Virus record (IMG/VR): IMGVR_UViG_3300043434_000216
Length of the DNA stretch: 64,000 bases
Reading direction: 5' to 3' (one strand)
DNA from: an uncultured virus (IMG/VR IMGVR_UViG_3300043434_000216)
Taxonomy: Duplodnaviria; Heunggongvirae; Uroviricota; Caudoviricetes
The notes under the pieces were generated by a model. The model did no database searches and was not told the origin of the DNA. It worked only from the letters and a program-made list of their open reading frames with translations. The position numbers and the translations under genes were made by a program. Shown here one piece after another: positions 8,086 through 16,210 of the stretch. The number at the start of each line of letters is the position of its first letter. The stretch's first letter is position 1.

Positions 8086-8203
8086 GATGAGGTGGCGGAA
8101 TAGGGGGAACTTTCCTCGAGGCAGACGCTAATTGTTGGTTAGAATGGAGAATTATACCACAGAAATCAATCCATTCATATAGGTTCGAATCCTATCCTCG
8201 TCG
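8086..8203 (+). ncRNA. tRNA-like RNA 4 (118 nt)
   Basis: Acceptor GATGAGG/CCTCGTC, TGGCGGAA-[hairpin]-GGCAGACGC, GAATGGA/TCCATTC arm, T-arm ATAGG-TTCGAAT-CCTAT. Confidence 0.8.
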
Positions 8204-8216
8204 CTAGATTAAAGAT

Positions 8217-8486
8217 ATGATAAAGAAAATAATCCTTGACCGTATGAATAATATACGGGCAAAACTAAAAGAAGCCAATCAAGAAAAGCTAAGCAAGTAT
8301 GTTAGCGAAGAAAGATGCGACGAATACAAGACCCGCATAGATGAGCTTCAATGGCTACTAAAGAAAGTAAGCCTAGCCGAAAAGAATAAGTTAGCCAATT
8401 TCTCACAAGACGCAAACATTGACCACGAACCATTAACAAGAGAGATACTTGAAGAGGTTATTGGTCGACTATCATCCAAGATGTAA
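8217..8486 (+). CDS. Hypothetical protein
   Basis: 89-aa ORF. Confidence 0.6.
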   Translation: MIKKIILDRMNNIRAKLKEANQEKLSKYVSEERCDEYKTRIDELQWLLKKVSLAEKNKLANFSQDANIDHEPLTREILEEVIGRLSSKM

Positions 8487-8488
8487 TT

Positions 8489-8731
8489 ATGGTAAAGAAG
8501 ATACTCGAGTACTTTAGCGATGAAACAACTTTTGTTGTCGCAGATGGGTTTGATGACGCAATCATCGGATTAGAACAACAGCAAATGAAGTTGGTCTATT
8601 CAGTTCAAAAATGCATTGATATCTTGGCTAAAGATATGGACTACGACGATGCTGTAGACTACTTTGAATACAACGTAAGAGGTAGCTTAACATTCGACTC
8701 ACCCTTGTTTGTTGATACTGACTGGGAGTAA
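8489..8731 (+). CDS. Phage hypothetical protein
   Basis: ADGFDDAIIG..VYS..KCIDIL..EYNV pattern typical of small phage proteins. Confidence 0.75.
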   Translation: MVKKILEYFSDETTFVVADGFDDAIIGLEQQQMKLVYSVQKCIDILAKDMDYDDAVDYFEYNVRGSLTFDSPLFVDTDWE

Positions 8732-9192
8732 TGCCTAGAATAGATTTTCATCGCACTGATTGCAGGGAATGCCACAATCCTCACGAGTTAAGACTTGTCC
8801 GCAGAAACCTAGGAAGAACATTCCGTTGTCAGAAATGTGGTTATCCACACTTAGTTGAGATGACAAGTAATGGATTGTTTCATCTTCATAAACGAAATGA
8901 ACGAAACAAGATTTATCTGCGTAAGAAGGAGATGTGGGACAACGAGGCTTACTTGAATGAGTTGATTCGCAAAAAGATTAAACGATTCTCAGGCAAGTAT
9001 AATAAGGAGTTATTAGATAAATTCTATAAAGAAGGCAGATGGCTCTGGGTATTGAAAGCCCGTAAGATGTTTATAGAAGAAGCACATATGCTAGGCATCT
9101 CCGCTTGGAACATCTATAAGTTCTTTAGAAACAACGGCGGAATAATTGACTTAAGAACAATACAATCATACATAAACCAACCAACAACGTGA
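8731..9192 (+). CDS. Zinc-ribbon protein with possible C-terminal DNA-binding region
   Basis: CRECH..CQKCG pairs. Confidence 0.6.
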   Translation: MPRIDFHRTDCRECHNPHELRLVRRNLGRTFRCQKCGYPHLVEMTSNGLFHLHKRNERNKIYLRKKEMWDNEAYLNELIRKKIKRFSGKYNKELLDKFYKEGRWLWVLKARKMFIEEAHMLGISAWNIYKFFRNNGGIIDLRTIQSYINQPTT

Positions 9193-9575
9193 GAAAATTA
9201 ACAGACGAAGAAGCTAAAAATCTAGCTGAGTACTATGCAAAGTGTATGAGTCTTTACGACTTCATTGAATTGAAGATTATGCCAACTAATCTTTATATGC
9301 ATAACATCAAGAAGACATCTAAGTTATTTATGTCTGAGATTGATAGGCAAACATCTAGTCTAATGAAAGTTATTCCTAAAGAAGATGTCCCTGATGAGGA
9401 TAAGGACTGGAATAATGGATATGCTCACTACCTAGATATGATGGTAGTTGCGTCTAAACAAGCAGACAGGTTCTATACCATTGCAACTAGAATAGCTGAG
9501 TTAGAAGATAAAGAGGCTCAAGATAATTGTGTTAAAGAAGTAAATGAAATATTCGAGAAGTATGGAGTCTTATAA
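9189..9575 (+). CDS. Hypothetical protein
   Basis: 128-aa ORF, GTG start overlapping the upstream stop. Confidence 0.6.
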   Translation: MRKLTDEEAKNLAEYYAKCMSLYDFIELKIMPTNLYMHNIKKTSKLFMSEIDRQTSSLMKVIPKEDVPDEDKDWNNGYAHYLDMMVVASKQADRFYTIATRIAELEDKEAQDNCVKEVNEIFEKYGVL

Positions 9576-9909
9576 TAAAGAAGAAGTTGAACAAGTAACT
9601 ACATTCACAGATAGTGTAGTATTTGAAATCATAAAAGAGTTTGGTGATAGAGCCAAGAAAGGGTACGATAAGTATGGAACTGATATGGACAGGACAGATT
9701 TGTCAGTATCTGAATGGGCACAACACCTGAGAGAAGAGTTAATGGACGCGCTAGTGTACCTTACTCGATTAAAAAAGGATGTGATTAAGTTAGAAGAAGA
9801 ATTATCTGCCTACAAGAATGACACAAGGGCAGAAAATGAAGTCAAGTTTTACGATGGCGCGGAAATTGTTACTTATAAGTACGTTACCCAACCAAGCAAA
9901 AAACATTGA
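9562..9909 (+). CDS. MazG-like nucleotide pyrophosphohydrolase-fold protein
   Basis: KGYDKYG..DRTDL..W..HLREELMDALVY (EExxD helix); start at 9544 or 9562. Confidence 0.6.
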   Translation: MESYNKEEVEQVTTFTDSVVFEIIKEFGDRAKKGYDKYGTDMDRTDLSVSEWAQHLREELMDALVYLTRLKKDVIKLEEELSAYKNDTRAENEVKFYDGAEIVTYKYVTQPSKKH

Positions 9910-9943
9910 GCGAATAGTTGTTGATTTGATTTCATTGTGTGTT

Positions 9944-9976
9944 AAAGATAGCCTGTTATGCGGGCTATCTTTTTTT
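9944..9976 (+). terminator. Intrinsic terminator
   Basis: AAAGATAGCCTG-TTATG-CGGGCTATCTTT followed by a T run. Confidence 0.85.
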
Positions 9977-9984
9977 GTAAACTA

Positions 9985-10015
9985 TTTGTTTTATAAATAT
10001 TATCCCGTATCTTTG
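9985..10015 (+). promoter_or_regulatory. Bacteroidota-type promoter
   Basis: TTTG (9985-9988), 19-nt spacer, TATCTTTG (10008-10015), just after the terminator. Confidence 0.75.
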
Positions 10016-10035
10016 TTAAAGAAATCAACCAAACA

Positions 10036-10212
10036 ATGAGAAAAACACGCTACAGCGACGTAATCAGCAAGGCTGAGGTACTCGTAAACGACCAAAACAA
10101 TTACACCAGACGAGGTGCATTAAAGTCAAGAGTTCAACGCAGAATCGACAGACTCACAAATAGAGCAGTCTTCTTGACACAATTCGAAATTCCAGAACCA
10201 GTAAATTATTAA
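10036..10212 (+). CDS. Small basic hypothetical protein (58 aa, below the ORF-track cutoff)
   Basis: MRKTRYSDVISKAE..PVNY* after the promoter and AACCAAACAA leader. Confidence 0.6.
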   Translation: MRKTRYSDVISKAEVLVNDQNNYTRRGALKSRVQRRIDRLTNRAVFLTQFEIPEPVNY

Positions 10213-10226
10213 ACCAAACAAATAGA

Positions 10227-10472
10227 ATGGCACAATACAGAAAAAAGCCAGTAGTAATTGAAGCAATTCAATTAGTAGAAGATAACATAGACCTTTTGTT
10301 AGAATTTTGTGGTGATAAAATAAAGTCTCACCCACTTACAGGAGTAGTTATCGAAACACTTGAGGGCGATATGTTGGCAAGTAAAGGTGATTATATCATC
10401 AAGGGTGTTAAGGGAGAGTTTTACCCTTGCAAGCCCGACATTTTTGAAATGACTTACGAATCAGTTAATTAA
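10227..10472 (+). CDS. Conserved phage protein (YRKKPVVIEA..TLEG..GDYIIKGVKGEFYPCKPDIF)
   Basis: Recognisable widespread phage motif. Confidence 0.85.
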   Translation: MAQYRKKPVVIEAIQLVEDNIDLLLEFCGDKIKSHPLTGVVIETLEGDMLASKGDYIIKGVKGEFYPCKPDIFEMTYESVN

Positions 10473-10490
10473 ACCAAACAAATAAAAAAT

Positions 10491-11207
10491 ATGGCACGTT
10501 CAGATGCACACACTGCGACCGCGCAGTCACCAGTAACAAAGTACCTAACTTGGTCATCAGACGAGAAAGGTTTCAAAGTTTTCGATAAGAAAGCAGAAGG
10601 CAAGTCCGTTATGGCGCTACCTATCAAGTTTATCCACTACGATGAGTTCTCTACAATCAAGGGTTGGGACGAGAATGCTAAGGCAGGAATCTACGCTAAC
10701 GAGGTAAAGAATACTAAGGCAGAGGTGCTAACAGTAAGAACAAAGAACAGAGTAATTGCTGAAGGATTCTACCAAGAAATCAAGCCAACGGTCAACGCGG
10801 CTGGAGGAGATTACCACGTTAGCTTATACGCTGAATTAGGCGGAGAGATTGTAAACTTTGCATTAAAGGCATCAGCTCTTGGCGCTTGGTCTACATTCGC
10901 TAACGACAATAGAAAGAAGTTGTTGACTAACTATGTTAAGGTAACAGGTTCTAAGGAAGAGAAGAAGGGAGCTGTTAAGTATCACGTCCCTGTATTTGAA
11001 ATCGGGGATGAGATTGAGGCAAATGTTAGTAAATCGTCTGATGAAAAGTACGATGGCTTAGCTTTATTCTTTAAAGAGCGCAAGGCGAACGCTAATGCTT
11101 CTACAGAGGAAGCTGTTGCAAGCCAGCCTGAGCCTATTATGCCTCCGCAAGAATCATCTATTCCTGCATTTGACGAACCAGCTGACTCAAGCGAACTACC
11201 TTTCTAA
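10491..11207 (+). CDS. Putative single-stranded DNA-binding protein
   Basis: Beta-rich core, acidic flexible tail ending ELPF, position in the replication/recombination block. Confidence 0.65.
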   Translation: MARSDAHTATAQSPVTKYLTWSSDEKGFKVFDKKAEGKSVMALPIKFIHYDEFSTIKGWDENAKAGIYANEVKNTKAEVLTVRTKNRVIAEGFYQEIKPTVNAAGGDYHVSLYAELGGEIVNFALKASALGAWSTFANDNRKKLLTNYVKVTGSKEEKKGAVKYHVPVFEIGDEIEANVSKSSDEKYDGLALFFKERKANANASTEEAVASQPEPIMPPQESSIPAFDEPADSSELPF

Positions 11208-11208
11208 G

Positions 11209-11679
11209 ATGAACGAATTAGCGACACTAAAGAAAAGTACAATTGTCTCCGCTGACAAAAGAGAAATGACAAACATTGTGAGCCAATATCTTGAGGATAT
11301 GGCTTACAATGGCGGAGAACCTCTAAAAGACCTAGCATTATGTAGAAAGTACATATTCTTGCTAGAGGAGTTAGAGAAGGGTCTTAAGGACTTTGCTATT
11401 ACTGAACTAGAAACATACGACAGAAATGAAGCTAATGTACTAGGAGCAACGGTGAAGGCGGTAGATTCTCCAGGCAAGTTTGACTATTCTGAAACAAAAG
11501 CTTGGACAGAACAAAAGGCTCGCGTAGATGCGGAGACTAAGCGCCTAAAGGATATTGAGACCTTTGCTAAAACACTTAAATCTAAGACAACATTAGTTGA
11601 CGAGGAAACAGGCGAGACAATGGAATACTTCCCACCCGCTAAGAGTAGTTCAACATCAATCAGAGTAACCCTATCATAA
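11209..11679 (+). CDS. Hypothetical phage protein
   Basis: Start at 11209 (MNELATLK) directly after the SSB stop. Confidence 0.7.
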   Translation: MNELATLKKSTIVSADKREMTNIVSQYLEDMAYNGGEPLKDLALCRKYIFLLEELEKGLKDFAITELETYDRNEANVLGATVKAVDSPGKFDYSETKAWTEQKARVDAETKRLKDIETFAKTLKSKTTLVDEETGETMEYFPPAKSSSTSIRVTLS

Positions 11680-11790
11680 TGGAAAATAGAACATTCAATC
11701 AGGTGTGGGATAATATAGGTACACAATTGTACAGCCTACACCGCCAAAAGATAGACTCAGCGAAAGCTAAGTTTGCCAAAGAGAAAGAAG

Positions 11791-12021
11791 ATGATAAACA
11801 TAATCAAAGAAATTAGAACTGAACTTGGAATGACACAGGCAGTATTTGCTAGAGAGGCGGGATTCAATACCGTTCAGCAGATATCAGGACTTGAGAACAA
11901 TCAACGAGGCATAGGATTTAATCTCCTAGGCAAGATGGTTAGAAACTTGTCCGCCAATGGTCACCCAATAGCTCTAGATGTCAACTTAACCGTTGGTGAG
12001 AAGACACTAAGAATCCACTAA
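11791..12021 (+). CDS. XRE-family HTH transcriptional regulator
   Basis: IKEIRTELGMTQAVFAREAG..QQISGLEN. Confidence 0.85.
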   Translation: MINIIKEIRTELGMTQAVFAREAGFNTVQQISGLENNQRGIGFNLLGKMVRNLSANGHPIALDVNLTVGEKTLRIH

Positions 12022-12422
12022 TGGTAATAGACGAAGAGATTGCAAGAATTGAATTAGAATGGGAAGGGGTTGACCTATCTCTTAACAAATGGTACGCGAA
12101 TAGACACTGGTCGTTCCGTAACAAGGAGAAAGAGTTTTGGTCTAACCTCTTCCTTAAATTGCTTCCTAAGCGCGCTAAAAAGATTGACAAGTATATTATC
12201 ACATTATACTTCAATAGTCGCTTAGACGCCAGCAATACTGTGCCTATGATTAAGATTCTTGAGGATACTATGAAGAAGGCTCACTACATAGTAGACGACT
12301 CTAAGAAGTTCTGCAAGGGAATCCAGATTTATCCTGATGAGAGCCTAGGGAAAAAACATTATAAGTTAACCGTACATATTTTATCGTATGCAACTAAAGA
12401 GACTAAAGCTTATCGCGCCTGA
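12021..12422 (+). CDS. RusA-like Holliday junction resolvase
   Basis: SLNKWY..HW, RLDASN..K..ED, IVDDS motifs. Confidence 0.75.
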   Translation: MVIDEEIARIELEWEGVDLSLNKWYANRHWSFRNKEKEFWSNLFLKLLPKRAKKIDKYIITLYFNSRLDASNTVPMIKILEDTMKKAHYIVDDSKKFCKGIQIYPDESLGKKHYKLTVHILSYATKETKAYRA

Positions 12423-12912
12423 CACCTACCAAGAGAAGCTGGCGGATATGTTTTCAAAGCAAGTGTTCAATACAAACATTCAAAAGTATGCTGAGCGCAA
12501 TCAGTCAGATGTAAAGAAGATTATAGCTGACATTTATATAGGTAAGATGGCTGAGTTTGCCGTTTGGAATTACCTGCTTCGAGATGGTAAGGATGCGACA
12601 ATGCCAGATATTATGGTGTACTCTGCTAAGAAGAAGTCGTACGACGCTGACATTACTTGTGGGGATGCAAAGATTCACGTTAAGTCTTGTATTGCAATGG
12701 GAGTGTACCCTGTTAGTTGGGTGTTTCAACCTAACGACCCCGTGACAATTAACCCTTCTAACAAAGACTTCTTAGCCTTAGTATCCATTGAAGAAGGCAC
12801 CATATTTGAGGCGTACTTCGTTAAAGCGATGGATGTAATGAAAATGTACGAGGCGCCTAAAAAGGAGGGCTTAGACAAGAAAGTATTATACGAATCAACT
12901 TTATTACAATGA
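12388..12912 (+). CDS. Putative PD-(D/E)XK-fold nuclease
   Basis: GKMAEFAV..PD..YDADI..IHVKS pattern. Confidence 0.55.
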   Translation: MQLKRLKLIAPDTYQEKLADMFSKQVFNTNIQKYAERNQSDVKKIIADIYIGKMAEFAVWNYLLRDGKDATMPDIMVYSAKKKSYDADITCGDAKIHVKSCIAMGVYPVSWVFQPNDPVTINPSNKDFLALVSIEEGTIFEAYFVKAMDVMKMYEAPKKEGLDKKVLYESTLLQ

Positions 12913-13148
12913 GATACCAAGATATGGAGCTATGGGAGCTAGAGAATAGAATCCATAGATTAGATTTACCCTGTAGCGTAAAAACGGATACGATAGCATT
13001 ATTCGTTGCCGAGGAAATTAAGCGCGAGGTGTACCATAACAAGGATAGGATGGACAGCTACAAACATTGGGATGAGATACAGAATCGCATTCTTAAGAAT
13101 AGGGAAAGCTTAGCGGAGCGATTAAATAAATTAAGGGAAAAGAAATGA
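12909..13148 (+). CDS. Hypothetical protein
   Basis: 79-aa ORF with ATGA coupling. Confidence 0.6.
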   Translation: MRYQDMELWELENRIHRLDLPCSVKTDTIALFVAEEIKREVYHNKDRMDSYKHWDEIQNRILKNRESLAERLNKLREKK

Positions 13149-13300
13149 GAATAGAATTTGTAAGGTTAGAAACCATTTTTGAATTCTTGCCAGCCATCAC
13201 TTGGTACAAATGGGGTATGGGGGATTGGCTTTATCAAGGTAGCTTAACGTTTTCTTGGCTAAGCTTTGGAATAAAGATTTATTACATTAAAAGAAGATGA
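13145..13300 (+). CDS. Small hydrophobic protein (51 aa)
   Basis: MRIEFVRL..KRR*; ATGA overlaps at both ends. Confidence 0.55.
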   Translation: MRIEFVRLETIFEFLPAITWYKWGMGDWLYQGSLTFSWLSFGIKIYYIKRR

Positions 13301-13533
13301 GACCAGCAAAAGAGAAGGCTAAAGAGATGGTAGATGCATTCTATCAGACTACCCCTAATGAAGCGTGGTATAATCCTCCATTAGGTAGTGTTTCAATGGA
13401 ATACAAGGCTTGGGGACAAGCTAAACAATGCGCAATAATTGCAGTAAAAGAGCTACTAAAGATTTCAATCTGGACTAATGATGCCCTTTATGATTATTTT
13501 ATGGAAGTTAGACAAGAGATAGAGAAGCTATGA
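13297..13533 (+). CDS. Hypothetical phage protein (PKEKAKE..AKQCAIIAV..EVRQEIEKL family, copy 1)
   Basis: Paralogous to 13530-13772. Confidence 0.7.
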   Translation: MRPAKEKAKEMVDAFYQTTPNEAWYNPPLGSVSMEYKAWGQAKQCAIIAVKELLKISIWTNDALYDYFMEVRQEIEKL

Positions 13534-13772
13534 CACCAAAAGAAAAAGCAAAAGAACTTGTAAGGAAGTTCACCTTATATCTTGGAACAGATGCAGTAGG
13601 GGAAGAATATTATGCAAGCGAGTTGGACGCTAAGAGATGCGCAATAATTGCAGTGGATGAAATAGTTGAAATATTTGAATTCATGGTGGTTGCTTCTAAT
13701 TTAGAAGACCATAAACTTGTGGCAATATTAAACTATTGGGACGAAGTTAGACAAGAAATAGAGAAGCTATGA
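13530..13772 (+). CDS. Hypothetical phage protein (same family, copy 2)
   Basis: Paralogous to 13297-13533. Confidence 0.7.
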   Translation: MTPKEKAKELVRKFTLYLGTDAVGEEYYASELDAKRCAIIAVDEIVEIFEFMVVASNLEDHKLVAILNYWDEVRQEIEKL

Positions 13773-13909
13773 CAGTACTATTCGCTCTAATTATAGGCTT
13801 TGGCATCTTTTATGTTATAACCTACAACTGGATTAAGGGCATAGAATATATGCAGAAGAATCATCCTGATTACAAGGGAGAGGATTTCCTAGGAGAAGAT
13901 AAGGAGTAA
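13769..13909 (+). CDS. Small membrane protein (46 aa)
   Basis: MTVLFALIIGFGIFYVI..HPDYKGEDFL; last + strand gene before the strand switch. Confidence 0.6.
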   Translation: MTVLFALIIGFGIFYVITYNWIKGIEYMQKNHPDYKGEDFLGEDKE

Positions 13910-14179
13910 CTACTTCTTGCCTCCGCGCGCACGTCTGTCGCCAGCTGTATCTGATTTAGAAGCTCTGTTAACAGAAGCTTTCTTCATCACAATACCTTTC
14001 TTAGTGTGAGATGCATCTAAGCCGTCTCCATTGCCGTATGTGCCACGCTCGCGATTAACCTTTACTAACTCCGCTCTCTTCGCGCGTTGCTCTGGTTTAG
14101 CGTTATGCTTCTTATCGTACGCTAATTTCTTAGCGTAACTTTCAGGATTCTTTTTGTAGTACTCAGCTGATTTCTTCAT
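13910..14179 (-). CDS. Small basic protein with a degenerate HNH-like motif
   Basis: GDGLDASH..ASVNR; start at 14179 (MKKSAEYY). Confidence 0.6.
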   Translation of the reverse strand: MKKSAEYYKKNPESYAKKLAYDKKHNAKPEQRAKRAELVKVNRERGTYGNGDGLDASHTKKGIVMKKASVNRASKSDTAGDRRARGGKK

Positions 14180-14645
14180 CACGCTCAACATTATGTTTTG
14201 AAGCCACTAAGTTACACATTTTTATGAAGTAATCCTGAGAGTAGGTGTACTTCATATAGTTAACGTCCTTGTGAACTATCTGTATATTCTCGCGCACATA
14301 CCCCTGTGAATTATCGACTCTGTCCAAAGATGCTGTACCCTTAAAATCAATTGGGACACCAGACAAGGCACAGACTTTATCCTGCGCGATGTAGATGTCC
14401 CAAATATCTTCTATTGTAATTGTAAACTCGTAACTTCTTTGCTTAGCCCTTCTGACTTTAGCATTAAACCAAGCTATCTCTATTTCTTGATAATAACCTT
14501 TATGGTTCTTTAAAATACTAGAGCAAGGTTTGCAGGGCAGGTTGTTTTTGACTGACCTGTTCCTTTCGTAAATATCCTTATATCCAAGTTCTTTTTGGCA
14601 TACAGGACAGTTACGTTTATGTGGTTTAGTATCCAGAGTATCCAA
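14163..14645 (-). CDS. Free-standing HNH-type (homing-like) endonuclease
   Basis: N-terminal CxxC..CxxC; CALSG..ASLDRVDNSQGY..NIQIVH..VNYMK. Confidence 0.75.
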   Translation of the reverse strand: MDTLDTKPHKRNCPVCQKELGYKDIYERNRSVKNNLPCKPCSSILKNHKGYYQEIEIAWFNAKVRRAKQRSYEFTITIEDIWDIYIAQDKVCALSGVPIDFKGTASLDRVDNSQGYVRENIQIVHKDVNYMKYTYSQDYFIKMCNLVASKHNVERDEEIS

Positions 14646-15138
14646 GTGACTTTAGATGCTGGATTACCTTGTCATCGATTTGCTTTCTAGACAAGTTGCC
14701 TGACTGCATAAGCTCAGCTCTTTTCTCATCTGCTTGCTCTCTAAAATACAACATCTTATTGAGTTCCGCTTCAGAGATTCCATCTCTCATTCTTGAGCGC
14801 TTAAACTTCATTGCATCAGATTCTGCCATAAAAGCTTTCTCAGATGAACCTCCAAAGTCTTTAGGGTTTAATGAAGTGTAATCTCCTTTAAGCAATGCTT
14901 TGTATTTGTCTTCAGCGACAGCTCCTGTAGGATTACCTGCGCTCATATTAGCTGTTACAGCATTGAACTGACTAACAGGTTGTCCTGCCTGCAAGTACTT
15001 AGCTTGCGGCATTGGTGCTGAAGCCTGAGCTTGTGACTGAGGTGACATACCCACCATTGAAGTATGTGACGTAGCAGGCGCCTGAACTGGGTCAGGGTCT
15101 ACTCTACTAAATAATAAATCTGATAGATTAGATAACAT
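14626..15138 (-). CDS. Hypothetical protein
   Basis: 170-aa ORF in the late operon. Confidence 0.65.
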   Translation of the reverse strand: MLSNLSDLLFSRVDPDPVQAPATSHTSMVGMSPQSQAQASAPMPQAKYLQAGQPVSQFNAVTANMSAGNPTGAVAEDKYKALLKGDYTSLNPKDFGGSSEKAFMAESDAMKFKRSRMRDGISEAELNKMLYFREQADEKRAELMQSGNLSRKQIDDKVIQHLKSLGYSGY

Positions 15139-15140
15139 AA

Positions 15141-15452
15141 TTATGAACCTTTAACCCATTTCTTAGATGGGGATGCTGTTTTACTTGGAGACCATTTTAC
15201 TTTGTTTGCCCAATAAGCCGCGCTCATCTTCCCCTTCGCAATGTTCTTTGCGTGACGAGATTTAAACGCCTCACGTTGACCTGCAGTTTGGTTAGTCTTA
15301 ACCCCTGCCTGACCAAAGCGAATAAGTTTAACGCGGTCTCCCTCCTTTGCTAGGACAATATGAGACTTACCACCCTGAGTACTTCTCTTAGGCTTGTTTA
15401 CGCCTGATAGACCGTACTTCTCTAACTTGTTCTTGATAGAATCGTTAATCAT
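15141..15452 (-). CDS. Small basic phage protein
   Basis: KSHIVLAKEG..IRFGQ..FKSRH..SAAYWA..KW. Confidence 0.75.
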   Translation of the reverse strand: MINDSIKNKLEKYGLSGVNKPKRSTQGGKSHIVLAKEGDRVKLIRFGQAGVKTNQTAGQREAFKSRHAKNIAKGKMSAAYWANKVKWSPSKTASPSKKWVKGS

Positions 15453-15595
15453 TTCTTCTTAGCTGTTTTAGCCGCTTGCTTAAACTGTTTAGCTGTAGGC
15501 GCACCCTTAGCTCCAGGAGCTCTCATTTTTTCTCCAGAACCAGCTTCAATTCGTTTCCGCTTAGCGTGAATATTAGCGTATAACCCATTTTTCAT
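15449..15595 (-). CDS. Small basic phage protein (48 aa)
   Basis: MKNGLYANIHAKRKRIEAGSGEKMR..GAPTAKQFKQAAKTAKKK*; below the track cutoff. Confidence 0.75.
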   Translation of the reverse strand: MKNGLYANIHAKRKRIEAGSGEKMRAPGAKGAPTAKQFKQAAKTAKKK

Positions 15596-15596
15596 A

Positions 15597-16061
15597 TTAC
15601 TTAAAAGTTAAGCGGTATAATGTTTGCTCCGTTAATGCTTTAATCTCGTCTAAGATGTTTAATAAGGCAGTGTTACCCATTACTAACATTCTAGCTTCTC
15701 CTGATACATAGTCTTTAAATGAAGACATAAATGTCATTGGAGCGTCCATTGTGTATGGCTTCACTTCCATATCACAACCTAGCATAATACGACCATAGCA
15801 TCCTTGGTAAGACTCAATGAATTTATCCATTAAAGGATTGAATTCCTCATAAAAATCTCCTAGTGCATCGTGTTCTGCAAAAGAAGAAGTTTGCCAATGG
15901 AAAACTTTTGCCTGCGCAGATGCTTCTAACATCTCGCATAACAACTCTTCTTGAGGTGACTCACCTGATTCGTTCTCCCCTTCTGGCATTGAGTAGTCAC
16001 TCATTAATTTACCAAAGGCTTGTTTCTGAACGGTAGCCTTTTGAATATCTAATAGACTCAT
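15597..16061 (-). CDS. Ferritin/Dps-like four-helix protein
   Basis: HWQT..FAEHDALG.FYE..DKFIE.YQG..N.LDE..YRLT; start at 16061 likely. Confidence 0.75.
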   Translation of the reverse strand: MSLLDIQKATVQKQAFGKLMSDYSMPEGENESGESPQEELLCEMLEASAQAKVFHWQTSSFAEHDALGDFYEEFNPLMDKFIESYQGCYGRIMLGCDMEVKPYTMDAPMTFMSSFKDYVSGEARMLVMGNTALLNILDEIKALTEQTLYRLTFK

Positions 16062-16062
16062 A

Positions 16063-16209
16063 TTATTTCTTCTTTTTCGACGCAATATACTTAAAATAAT
16101 TCACTTGTTTTTCACGTTTTTCTATACCTGCCTTAGTCTTAGCAGTTCCTAGGTTGCGTCCAGTTGTTTTGGAGACTAACTTGTAGCCTCCTGATGTCTT
16201 CTTTATCAT
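16063..16209 (-). CDS. Small basic protein (48 aa)
   Basis: MIKKTSGGYKLVSKTTGRNLGT..REKQVNYFK; below the track cutoff. Confidence 0.65.
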   Translation of the reverse strand: MIKKTSGGYKLVSKTTGRNLGTAKTKAGIEKREKQVNYFKYIASKKKK

Positions 16210-16210
16210 C

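Noticed and set aside
6967..8203. Canonical tRNA genes, including a tRNA-Leu(TAA) at 7470
   Set aside because: None has a 5-bp stem with a 7-nt anticodon loop; CTTAAAA at 7496-7502 lacks a pairing stem
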